64,000 nt of DNA. Origin: Victivallales bacterium (GTDB taxonomy: Bacteria; Verrucomicrobiota; Lentisphaeria; Oligosphaerales; Oligosphaeraceae). The first letter of the stretch is position 1. Every line of letters starts with the position of its first letter. Positions 16,769 through 25,727 of the stretch are shown here, in pieces. The notes below the pieces were generated by a model that was not told where the DNA came from, made no database searches, and saw only the letters and a program-made list of their open reading frames with translations. The stretch is from assembly GCA_017554445.1 (NCBI GenBank), contig JAFZIJ010000077.1, forward strand, positions 1,714 through 65,713, written 5' to 3'. A program made the position numbers and the translations under genes.

Positions 16769-18775
16769 ATGTTTAAGTTCGGACCATCCAACCATACGCG
16801 AAACTACCCGTTCCGGCCGCCCATGAAGCCACGGCCGGAATCGGGCACGGACTGGCCGCTCTACTGGCGGTTCATCAAGCAGTATGTCTGGCCCAAACGC
16901 TGGTCGTTGTTCATCTGCATCTGCCTCGTGGCGACGAACTCCTGCTCCGTTTATCTGATGTCGTTCTATTCCAGACTCGTCGTTGACGAAATTCTCGTCA
17001 TCAAGTCGGCAGGTACCGCCAAAGCATCCGAAACAACCAAAAAATCCGTTTTCGGCGGCGCCATGGAACGGCCTGTCCATGTGGACGAGCACCGTATCAG
17101 CATGGGACAGAAGATCGATCAAGGCGTCTCCTTCTCCAAACGACCGCCCGGTGCGGGGCGCCGTCTGCTCATCATCGCTATTTTCTACATGGGTACGCAG
17201 ACTCTACTGAACTTTCTCGCACGTTTTTCGACTCGCCAGCATATCATCGTCGGGCAAAACATTTCGGGAAGGATGCGTGAAGACATGCATGCCAAGGTAC
17301 TCGAACTGTCCATGTCCTACCACCAGTCCATGAGCCCGGGCCGACTTCTGTCGCGAATCCTGTCAGACGTTCTGGCCGTTCAGGGCGAGATGATGGGGTT
17401 CTTCACGAGCGCCACCCACTGTACGGCGATGATTCTCTGCGGAAGCATCGTCCTTCTTAGCAACGCTCCGCAGATGGCTCTCATGGCCATCGCCATCACG
17501 CCCATTTATGCATGGATGTACCGCCAAAGGCGTCCCATCATCAAGAAGCTCAACCAGGAGCTCCGCCATACGAATGCATGTCTGTATGGTCTTGTCACAC
17601 AGAAGCTGGAGGGCATGAAAGTCATCCAGGCATATGCTCGTGAAACTGGCGAAATTCTTAATTTCCATCGTCTTACGGCCTGCTTCATGCGGGATGCCCT
17701 AGACACGCAGAAAGTCTCCGCCGCTTTGGGTCGACAGGCCGGTGTCCTCACGACGCTTTCCAGTTGTGCCATCTTCCTCTATGGCGGCAAAATGGTGCTG
17801 GATGGCGAGATGCAGCTTGGCGAAATGATGTTCATCCACACGACAACCATGACGCTCTTCCAGCCCGTTCTGGAATTCACGCAATTATCATTCGTCCTGC
17901 AACGTCTCCGTATCGCCCTCCTCCGCGTGACGGCCGTTCTCGACCGTCCTGTAGAAATCCAGGACGCCCCCAACGCCGTCGATTTTCCCTCCCCTCTGAA
18001 GAAAGGCGTGACCATCAAGCATGTGTCGTTCACCTATCCGCCGCCCGTCAGCGACCGTGACGGCGACGGCGACGAATCGGCGCCGAAAATCATCCCCGAA
18101 CCCGTCATCAAAGACGTCGATCTCTTCGTTCCCGCCGGAACATGGCTCTGCATCATGGGCGCCTCCGGCTCGGGAAAGACCACGTTGCTCAATCTGCTTT
18201 CACGGTTGTACGAACCGACGACCGGCCAGATACTGATCGACGATATCGACCTCAAGAACATCAAGATGGCGTCGCTCCGCCATGCCGTCGGCGTCGTCCC
18301 GCAGGAGGCGCAGATTTTCTCCGGCTCCATGCGAGACAACATCTGCTACGGCTATCCCAACGCCACCAACAAGCAGATCATGGATGCCGCCAAAGCCGCC
18401 CAGATGCACGATTTCATTCTGGAAATGCAAGTCCAGTATGAAACGCTCATCGGACAGCGCGGCACGTCGCTCTCCGGCGGACAACGGCAACGCCTTTCTC
18501 TCGCTCGCGCTTTGCTCACGAATCCCGAACTGCTTATTTTGGACGACTGTACATCCGCTCTGGACGCCAATACTGAGCAGAAAATCCAAGAGACGCTCGC
18601 CAAGATTCTCGTCGGCAAGACGGCCATCATGGTGTCGCAGCGCGTATCCATGGCCATGCGCTGCCACAAAATCGCCGTTATCGAAAACGGCGTAATTTCC
18701 GAATACGGCTCCCATCATGAACTGCTGGAAAAACATGGTTTCTACGCTAAATTATTCAGCCAGCAGACGGAATAA
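16769..18775 (+). CDS. ABC exporter half-transporter (TMD-NBD) with degenerate catalytic site
   Basis: Walker A GASGSGKTT, signature LSGGQRQR, Walker B LLILDDCTSALD (catalytic Glu replaced by Asp), H-loop MVSQRVS (His replaced by Gln). It has a long loop between TM1 and TM2 and an acidic insert DRDGDGDE before Walker A. Confidence 0.9.
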   Translation: MFKFGPSNHTRNYPFRPPMKPRPESGTDWPLYWRFIKQYVWPKRWSLFICICLVATNSCSVYLMSFYSRLVVDEILVIKSAGTAKASETTKKSVFGGAMERPVHVDEHRISMGQKIDQGVSFSKRPPGAGRRLLIIAIFYMGTQTLLNFLARFSTRQHIIVGQNISGRMREDMHAKVLELSMSYHQSMSPGRLLSRILSDVLAVQGEMMGFFTSATHCTAMILCGSIVLLSNAPQMALMAIAITPIYAWMYRQRRPIIKKLNQELRHTNACLYGLVTQKLEGMKVIQAYARETGEILNFHRLTACFMRDALDTQKVSAALGRQAGVLTTLSSCAIFLYGGKMVLDGEMQLGEMMFIHTTTMTLFQPVLEFTQLSFVLQRLRIALLRVTAVLDRPVEIQDAPNAVDFPSPLKKGVTIKHVSFTYPPPVSDRDGDGDESAPKIIPEPVIKDVDLFVPAGTWLCIMGASGSGKTTLLNLLSRLYEPTTGQILIDDIDLKNIKMASLRHAVGVVPQEAQIFSGSMRDNICYGYPNATNKQIMDAAKAAQMHDFILEMQVQYETLIGQRGTSLSGGQRQRLSLARALLTNPELLILDDCTSALDANTEQKIQETLAKILVGKTAIMVSQRVSMAMRCHKIAVIENGVISEYGSHHELLEKHGFYAKLFSQQTE

Positions 18776-18777
18776 AA

Positions 18778-18947
18778 GGTGTAACGACGGCGTCCCCGCC
18801 ATCGGGCGATGGGCGGAATGCCCATGCAACTAAAGGGTGTAACGACGGCGTCCCCGCCATCGGGCGATGGGCGGAATGCCCATGCAACTAAAGGGTGTAA
18901 CGACGGCGTCCCCGCCGTCGGGAGATGGGCGGAATGCCCATGAAACT
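18778..18947. repeat. three tandem copies of a 58-bp palindrome-containing repeat
   Basis: Copies at 18778-18835 and 18836-18893 are identical (ggtgtaacgacggcgtccccgccatcgggcgatgggcggaatgcccatgcaactaaag). The copy at 18894-18947 has 3 substitutions. Each unit contains an imperfect 34-nt palindrome, ggcgtccccgccatcgggcgatgggcggaatgcc. Confidence 0.95.
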
Positions 18948-18988
18948 CTCCCCCAAAAAGCCAACCAACATATTCAAGGAGCCATGCC

Positions 18989-19816
18989 ATGCAAAACAAA
19001 CTCCTTACCATCCTAATATGCATTTGCCTAACCGCCACGCTACTTGCCCAGAAGCACTCAGAGAAGAAATCCATAAATCTCATCAAAAACGGCAATTTCG
19101 AAAACGGCGAAGGCAAGACGCCAAAGCATTGGAGCCCCTTCGACGGGCAAACTGCATGTTGGGATAAAACTAACGGCAATCCAGACCGCTGTCTGCTGCT
19201 GGATACGACCGTCCTTACAGTGGACAAGAAGTTGATCGACGCCGATATAGAGGCGTTCGAAAAGAAAGGCCGCTCCCAAGGCGGCCAGTATGACACGGTC
19301 GGTGCGCATCAAGGCGCATGGGCCTATGCCGCCCCAATCGATGTCAAGCCAGACGATACATGGTTCATCCTCTCGGCTGATGTATGGGCAGATCAACCGA
19401 GCTCCGAACTCTTCATGCCGCTCATTCTTATCAGAGGCTTCCAGAAAATCACAGCGGAAAACGCCGGACAGAACTCGTCATGGTTTCATGAGCACTATAA
19501 AGACGGCATCGGCTATAGCGACGTGTTCGGTTCCAAAGACCTACGACGCGCGTCGCGCGAAGGCGACTACCTGCAGGTCTATCGTAAGACGCTTTTCTGC
19601 CGCAATCCGCAAATCAAGCAGTGGCGCCATTTTGAAGTCGGCTTTAAGTTGCCGTCCATCAAGAAGTTCCGTCCTGAACGCATTCTTATCAAGCCATATG
19701 CATTCTGGCCGTCTGGCCATTATCGTTTCGACAACCTCTCGTTGCGCCGCGCCACGAAAGCCGAAGTAGAAGCCGTCAACGCCCAAATGCCTTCCATCAA
19801 GGAAGTTTTGCAATAG
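18989..19816 (+). CDS. secreted hypothetical protein (possible carbohydrate-binding-module-like fold)
   Basis: Signal peptide MQNKLLTILICICLTATLLAQ and RBS aaggag. The NGNFENGEG motif near the N-terminus is reminiscent of CBM/jelly-roll proteins. Confidence 0.45.
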   Translation: MQNKLLTILICICLTATLLAQKHSEKKSINLIKNGNFENGEGKTPKHWSPFDGQTACWDKTNGNPDRCLLLDTTVLTVDKKLIDADIEAFEKKGRSQGGQYDTVGAHQGAWAYAAPIDVKPDDTWFILSADVWADQPSSELFMPLILIRGFQKITAENAGQNSSWFHEHYKDGIGYSDVFGSKDLRRASREGDYLQVYRKTLFCRNPQIKQWRHFEVGFKLPSIKKFRPERILIKPYAFWPSGHYRFDNLSLRRATKAEVEAVNAQMPSIKEVLQ

Positions 19817-19825
19817 TCCATTGTC

Positions 19826-22042
19826 ATGAAAACATTATTCGACCATGCCCGTGAAAAACTGATCCGCGAAGAGCAGCCACTCGCGGCTCGTATGCGCCCA
19901 CGGACATTGGACGAATATATTGGACAAGATCATATCTTGGCTCCGGGCAGATTGTTACGACGTGCCATCCAGGCGGATCAACTGTCATCGCTCATCTTCT
20001 ACGGCCCGCCCGGAACAGGCAAGACGACTCTTGCCAGCGTCATCGCCAACACGACAAAAAGTCAATTCGTCACGTTGAACGCCGTCATGGCCGGCATCGC
20101 GGATTTGCGCGACATCACCGCCGCCGCGCAGGCCCGTCTTGGCGAACAAGGCCAGCGGACCATCCTCTTCGTCGATGAAGTCCATCGTTGGAACAAAGCG
20201 CAGCAGGACGCCCTCCTCCCATGGGTCGAAAACGGCACTGTTATTCTCATCGGCGCAACGACGGAAAATCCGTATTTCACGGTCAACAGGGCACTTGTGT
20301 CACGTTCCCGCATCTTCCAGCTGAAGCCGCTTGACAATGAAAACATCAAAGACATCATCCGGCAGGCCCTCAAAGATCCTGTCCGCGGCTTCGGTGCCAA
20401 GAAAGTCCAATTCGACGATGATGCTCTCGACCATCTGGCGGACGTCGCCAACGGCGATGCACGAGCCGCTCTCAATGCGCTCGAACTCGCCGTCGAAACG
20501 ACGCAGCCGGACGATAACGGCATCATCCATATCACGATGGCCGTCGCGGAAGAATCCATCCAAAAACGCGCCGTTCTCTACGACCGTGAAGGCGACTGCC
20601 ATTTCGACACGATTTCCGCCTTCATCAAATCCATGCGCGGCTCCGATCCGGACGCCACATTCTACTGGCTGGCCAAGATGGTCTATGCGGGCGAAGACCC
20701 GCGTTTCATCTTCCGCCGCATGACGATTTTCTGTTCGGAAGACATCGGCATGGCCGATCCGAAGGCATTGCCGTTCGTCATCGCAGCCGCCGAAGCATTC
20801 GATCGCGTCGGCCTCCCGGAAGGCCATTATCCACTCGCCCACGCCGCCCTCTACTGCGCGACCGCGCCGAAATCCAATTCTGTCATGGGCTTCTTCGACG
20901 CATTGAAAGTCGTTGGTTCTGAACGAGAAGACGAAGTGCCCAACCATCTGCGCGACGCATCCAGAGACAAAGAAGGCTTCGGCCATGGCGTCGGCTACCA
21001 ATATCCGCACGCCTACCGCGACCATTGGGTCGCGCAGCAATATCTTCCCGACTCGTTGCAAGGCAAGATATTCTACGAACCGGGCACCATCGGTTATGAA
21101 GCGACACTTGCGGACACCGTCCGCGACCGCCGCGAACTACAGCTTGCCGCCATCCGTGAAAATGACGCGCGGCTCGCCCCGCCGGAAATCCTCACGTTCA
21201 GCCCGACGGACAAAAATACGGAAAAATGGCTCGCCCGCGCGGCGGACAATCTCGCTCCGCAACTAGCGACGATCCGTGAACGCCTTTTTGCCATGTACAC
21301 CGTTCAACGCCATGATCTTGTGTTGGATTTGACCAGCGATGCGGGAGCCTTCCTATGGGAAGCCGTCCGCAAAGCGCCCGAAGGCGGTGTATGGGGCGTT
21401 GTGAAAAATCAGCAGAACGCCGACATTCTCCTTGAACAGGCGAACAATCTCAATTCGCTCCGCCGTCCTAACTTGTTGGTCGCCAAGGCAGAAACGCTTG
21501 CTGAGACATTTGAAAAATCAGAATGGAAGGACGTCCGTTTCGATTTCATCATCGGCCGGAACTTCCTCGCAAACGCATCGGACAAACAAGCCGCTGTACA
21601 AAATATCGTCAAACTCATGAATGAAACGGATGGTAATGTCGCCTTGGCGGAGAACATCGCATGCCATACGCAACGCCTTGCCGCGCTACTCCAGGATCAT
21701 GGACAGGAATGGCTTCCGCGAATCCGCCAAGCGGAAGACGACATCTACGCCAATCCAGACGATCCGCTTGTCAATTGGGACGAAAAGACGCTTGCCAGCT
21801 ATTTCGAAAACGCGGGACGTACCATAAAAAACATTGAACTTCAATCCTTTACGCGCGAAATTATCATTTCGTCTGCGCAACTGCAACATTGGTTCGACAA
21901 CGCTCCCGGCAGTTTCCGCAACCGTCTGCTCAAGTTATGCAAGGAAGACGATGTGGATAATTTCATCAACGCCGTCCGTACAGAACTGCTGAACCACAAA
22001 GTGCAATGGTCCACGCAAGTCGCGTTTCTGCATATTGGCTGA
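19826..22042 (+). CDS. rarA: replication-associated recombination protein A (RarA/MgsA AAA+ ATPase) fused to a C-terminal methyltransferase-like domain
   Basis: Residues 1-440 are RarA-like: Walker [10 protein letters not shown], Walker B ILFVDEVHRWNK, MgsA C-terminal motifs FYWLAKMVYAGEDPRFIFRR and GYQYPH. Residues 450-738 form an extra domain with a degenerate SAM-motif-I-like strand DLVLDLTSDAGAF. Confidence 0.8.
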   Translation: MKTLFDHAREKLIREEQPLAARMRPRTLDEYIGQDHILAPGRLLRRAIQADQLSSLIFYGPPGTGKTTLASVIANTTKSQFVTLNAVMAGIADLRDITAAAQARLGEQGQRTILFVDEVHRWNKAQQDALLPWVENGTVILIGATTENPYFTVNRALVSRSRIFQLKPLDNENIKDIIRQALKDPVRGFGAKKVQFDDDALDHLADVANGDARAALNALELAVETTQPDDNGIIHITMAVAEESIQKRAVLYDREGDCHFDTISAFIKSMRGSDPDATFYWLAKMVYAGEDPRFIFRRMTIFCSEDIGMADPKALPFVIAAAEAFDRVGLPEGHYPLAHAALYCATAPKSNSVMGFFDALKVVGSEREDEVPNHLRDASRDKEGFGHGVGYQYPHAYRDHWVAQQYLPDSLQGKIFYEPGTIGYEATLADTVRDRRELQLAAIRENDARLAPPEILTFSPTDKNTEKWLARAADNLAPQLATIRERLFAMYTVQRHDLVLDLTSDAGAFLWEAVRKAPEGGVWGVVKNQQNADILLEQANNLNSLRRPNLLVAKAETLAETFEKSEWKDVRFDFIIGRNFLANASDKQAAVQNIVKLMNETDGNVALAENIACHTQRLAALLQDHGQEWLPRIRQAEDDIYANPDDPLVNWDEKTLASYFENAGRTIKNIELQSFTREIIISSAQLQHWFDNAPGSFRNRLLKLCKEDDVDNFINAVRTELLNHKVQWSTQVAFLHIG

Positions 22043-22080
22043 TCTCAGCGACTAAAGCAACAGAAACGACACGAACGAAG

Positions 22081-22116
22081 AACAGGCCTTGCCGTCATTC
22101 AGCGGCAAGGCCTGTT
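22081..22116. terminator. bidirectional intrinsic terminator
   Basis: 14-bp perfect stem aacaggccttgccg / cggcaaggcctgtt with an 8-nt loop, followed by tgtttatt. It lies between convergent genes. Confidence 0.8.
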
Positions 22117-22135
22117 TGTTTATTCCTAATAAATA

Positions 22136-23158
22136 TTACGGCACGAGATTATCAGCCCCGAAGCGGACGGGATCGTTAGCGGGCAGGCCCGTCTCGTCTT
22201 CCGCGCGTTTCACGGCATCCTTCGCTTCCTGTTCAGTCAGCATTTGCGTATTCAGCGAAATGCCATAGACTTTCGCCGGCGGAAGCGCGCCGCCGGCACT
22301 CGCCAAGTCTTCATAGACTTGCGCGACTTTCTTCAGCGGCGGGAACTTGATCCACGTGAAATCACGCAGATGGTCGAGACCGCACTTGTGGTTCAACAAG
22401 AGATGCGTCGGGCAGGAGCCGCGCAGCAACGGCATCGTCGCCGTGCTGCCGGGATGCAGGACGGAGCCCTGTCCTTCAATGATAATCAGTTCATTGTCAG
22501 CAAGTTCCAACACGCCTTTCTCAATGGCGCCGCAAGCGTAGTCCAACTTGATGGCGTCCAGCGGGACGCCTTTGCCGCGCAGGACGATACCAATCTGGCC
22601 CGTCGCGAGGAAGTCGGCCTTGATGCCACGCTTCCGCGCCGCTTCCAAAACTTTCAGACCGGCCGTCATCTTGCCGTTCGCCATATCCGTTCCAACAATC
22701 AGCATGCGTTTGTTGTTCAGTTCATGCGCACGGCCTTTACCGATGCCAAGACCGCTCGGCTCCTGTCGGACATCCCATACCCATTGATCAGGCTTGAGAT
22801 TCGGATAGCGCAACCCAAGCTTCACATGCAGACCGTTCACAATGCTCATGCCGATTTCAATCGCACGATCCAGCATTGGATACCAGAAATCCGGAAGCAA
22901 TCCGCCGGATGGCGCCATACCGATGACGAGCGCCTTCGCGCCCAATGCCGCCGCCTCATCTACATCCTTGATAATAGGTGTGTTACCACGCGGCAACTGC
23001 GGCATGACGTCTTTTGACAACTTGCCGGCCTTCGTGCTGTCGATGATTCCCAATATCGGATTTTCCGCGAAACGGAGCAGGTCATAGCACATCTTGCCAT
23101 GCATGTCGCCGTAGCAGTCTTCCATGAAAATGACGATTGGAGTTGATGGTGTGAACAT
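22136..23158 (-). CDS. DUF1611 family protein (DgcN-like putative N-acetyltransferase)
   Basis: 340 aa. The characteristic LIVGTDMANGKMTAGL motif and overall pattern match DUF1611. It lies directly downstream of an enolase-superfamily epimerase. Confidence 0.6.
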   Translation of the reverse strand: MFTPSTPIVIFMEDCYGDMHGKMCYDLLRFAENPILGIIDSTKAGKLSKDVMPQLPRGNTPIIKDVDEAAALGAKALVIGMAPSGGLLPDFWYPMLDRAIEIGMSIVNGLHVKLGLRYPNLKPDQWVWDVRQEPSGLGIGKGRAHELNNKRMLIVGTDMANGKMTAGLKVLEAARKRGIKADFLATGQIGIVLRGKGVPLDAIKLDYACGAIEKGVLELADNELIIIEGQGSVLHPGSTATMPLLRGSCPTHLLLNHKCGLDHLRDFTWIKFPPLKKVAQVYEDLASAGGALPPAKVYGISLNTQMLTEQEAKDAVKRAEDETGLPANDPVRFGADNLVP

Positions 23159-23231
23159 TCTTGCTTTCTTGCCTCGATTTCATTGCAGGCGTTTGCCCGC
23201 TACATATCATAATAAACCTTATACCAAATAG

Positions 23232-24266
23232 TTAAATAAATTTTGCGCCATGTCCGGAAGCATCCGTCGGAAGGACGACGCCATTCGTCATGACAGCCCC
23301 CTTCGCGGGATCGTTCAGCAGGTTGAAATGCGAATCCAGATCAATATGGTCGAACAATGCCCCGATGGATGCACCAGCGGAAATATCGATGGACGATTCC
23401 CCCATGCAACCGATCATCGTGCCCAGACCATACGCACGGGCCACCGCCACGATCCGCAAGGCCTCCGTCAATCCGCCGCATTTCATCAGCTTCAGATTGA
23501 CGCCATCCACGCGATCCGCAAGTTTCGGAACATCAGATGCATACCATATTGATTCATCGACGAATATCGGCAAAGGACGGTCTTTGAACAATTCAGGCAA
23601 CTGGTCTTCCGCACCTTTCACCAACGGCTGTTCAACATAATCCACTCCCTGCTCCGCCAGCCATTTCATCATGACTTTCGCGTTTTCGAGCGACCAGCCG
23701 CCGTTGGCATCGACACGCAATCCCGCATGGAACGGCGCAGCCGCCTCCTTCGCGGCCATGAAATGACTACGGTCCGCATCCAGTCCATCAGGTGATCCAA
23801 GCTTGATTTTCAAGAACTTAGCCCCTGTTCGAGACAGGATTTCCGGAACGCGTTCCTTCGTGATTTCCGGCGGGTTGATGCCAATGGTCAGTGATGTTGC
23901 AGGCGATTCGCGCGGCAGTCCGAAGACACGCCACAATGGCTGGTTGCAGGCTTTGCCAAATGCATCCCACAACGCGATGTCCAACGCCGCCAAAGCACGC
24001 GGCCGAATGCCACGCGCTCTAGCGTCGCTCCAGACCTGCGCAATGGACGGATTATCCGGCAACGATGCAACGAACGGCTCCAGTTCAGCAAGTCCCGTAT
24101 CACAATTCTCGCCTTGCTCCGTCGTCGTGCTCGCCAATTCGCCAATGCCAGTCTGTCCGAACGCCTCGACGCAGACGAATAGATTTTCCGAACCCGTTAT
24201 CACGCCGCGACTTATCGCCAACGGATAGCGTTTCTTCAAAAACAACCTCTTATATGTTACGCGCAT
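23232..24266 (-). CDS. enolase-superfamily dipeptide epimerase / N-acyl amino acid racemase-like enzyme
   Basis: Capping domain plus barrel with KIKLG, VDANGGW, EQP, FVDESI and KLMKCGG motifs, as in the MLE subgroup and L-Ala-D/L-Glu epimerase-like enzymes. Confidence 0.75.
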   Translation of the reverse strand: MRVTYKRLFLKKRYPLAISRGVITGSENLFVCVEAFGQTGIGELASTTTEQGENCDTGLAELEPFVASLPDNPSIAQVWSDARARGIRPRALAALDIALWDAFGKACNQPLWRVFGLPRESPATSLTIGINPPEITKERVPEILSRTGAKFLKIKLGSPDGLDADRSHFMAAKEAAAPFHAGLRVDANGGWSLENAKVMMKWLAEQGVDYVEQPLVKGAEDQLPELFKDRPLPIFVDESIWYASDVPKLADRVDGVNLKLMKCGGLTEALRIVAVARAYGLGTMIGCMGESSIDISAGASIGALFDHIDLDSHFNLLNDPAKGAVMTNGVVLPTDASGHGAKFI

Positions 24267-24282
24267 GATTCCGCCTTCAAAA

Positions 24283-25473
24283 TCAGAGCTTCTTCAGACA
24301 GGTGATCAACGCCGCGCAGATATAGCGGTTGTCGTCCGACGACATCGTCGGATGGAGTGTGATGCACATCATGCGGCTCGCGTATTCCTCCGACTTCGGC
24401 GTCGTCTTTCCGTACGCGTCCGCCAGCAGCTTGCGGCTCAGATACTGCGGCGCATTCGCCACGACGCAGCCGATGCCATATTCGTCGTTCATCATCTTGA
24501 TCAATGCATCACGCTTCTCGCCGGCCCATTCCTTCTTCAATGTGATGGCATATAAATAATAAGTATGAATGCATTCAAGCGGCTCGTACGGGATTTCGAT
24601 GCCTTCGACGCCTTGCAACAAGCGATTGCGTTCGTAGGCGACACGACGGCGACCGTCAATGAAACTATCCAGTTTGCTCAACTGGACGAGACCGACCGCC
24701 GCCTGCACCTTCGTCATGACGTTGGACGTGCCCCACGCCTCGACGCCACCGCCGTACATACGGACGGAATGCGCGTATTCATTCAGCCAAGGATCATCCG
24801 TCACGATCATACCGCCTTCGCCAAGCGTCGTCATGTTCTTCATCGTATGGAAGGAGAAGATGGTCGCCCATCCCATCTTTCCGATCTTCGTGCCTTTGTA
24901 GGCACCGCCGCATGCACGGGCTGCATCACCAATGACTTTCGGTGGACCGTATTTCGGATGCGGATGGCGTTCGGCGATTTCAATATATTTGTCCATCGGG
25001 GCGCTCATACCATGGATATGGACGGGGAAAATAGCGCGTGTACGCGGAGTAATCTTCTTCTCAACATCTTCTGGATCAAGCATATACGTCTTTGGATCGA
25101 CTTCGCCCCAGACGACCGTGCCGCCTGCGCCGTAAACGGCCAGAGGCGCCGCGCCAAAATTGACGGGAGGAACGATGACTTCGTCGCCCGGCTCCAGTTT
25201 CAAAGCGCGCATCACGATATCAATACCAGGCCCTGCGGAATTCACGGCCGTCGCATATTTCGTACCGACGTATTCGGCAAAAGCCGCTTCGAATTCTGGA
25301 ATCGGAGAAGCCGAGAAGCCGAAACCGACGTTCGGATCCATTGATTCCTTAATGGCGTTCACGGCGGCGTCAATTTCCTCCTGACCGTAAATGGACCCAA
25401 GCAAAGGCTCGGAACGCCAATTGCAAGCAGGACGTTTCGCCAACGCGGCTTCAATTTCACTTTGAGTCATCAT
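24283..25473 (-). CDS. DegT/DnrJ/EryC1/StrS-family PLP-dependent aminotransferase
   Basis: GDEVIVPPVNF, DAARACG and FSFHTMKNMTTLGEGG (PLP lysine region). The track start at 25515 is a TTG. I prefer the ATG at 25473, which is preceded by AAGGGG. Confidence 0.75.
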   Translation of the reverse strand: MMTQSEIEAALAKRPACNWRSEPLLGSIYGQEEIDAAVNAIKESMDPNVGFGFSASPIPEFEAAFAEYVGTKYATAVNSAGPGIDIVMRALKLEPGDEVIVPPVNFGAAPLAVYGAGGTVVWGEVDPKTYMLDPEDVEKKITPRTRAIFPVHIHGMSAPMDKYIEIAERHPHPKYGPPKVIGDAARACGGAYKGTKIGKMGWATIFSFHTMKNMTTLGEGGMIVTDDPWLNEYAHSVRMYGGGVEAWGTSNVMTKVQAAVGLVQLSKLDSFIDGRRRVAYERNRLLQGVEGIEIPYEPLECIHTYYLYAITLKKEWAGEKRDALIKMMNDEYGIGCVVANAPQYLSRKLLADAYGKTTPKSEEYASRMMCITLHPTMSSDDNRYICAALITCLKKL

Positions 25474-25727
25474 AAGCGGATACCCCTTGATGTTTTCTTG
25501 TTTCCTATTGCTCAAATGAAAAAATACAAAAACTCATCATTAACTTACAAATCTTTTGCGTCTCTTCAAGTAAATAACCGATGAAAATCGATTTTTTCAT
25601 CGACATCCGCGAACATGCGACCATAGATTAATTTTTTTTGAATCGCATGCTAATTTTTCTCACACTTCATTCGTTATATTATTTTGGATTTGCTTTTACA
25701 GGAGAGGAAAATTCAAGGAGTGGGAAA

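Noticed and set aside
18778-18947. CRISPR array
   Set aside because: The 58-bp units are directly adjacent with no unique spacers. There are only three copies and no cas genes in the window.
25638-25727. Upstream TTG-initiated extensions given in the ORF track (also 28047-28112 for recO, 31459-31566 for the EF-hand gene, 11352-11393 for the tolC-like gene, 25474-25515 for the aminotransferase, 49676-49696)
   Set aside because: The track counts non-ATG starts. In each case a downstream ATG with a Shine-Dalgarno-like sequence or a proper signal peptide gives a more typical N-terminus.
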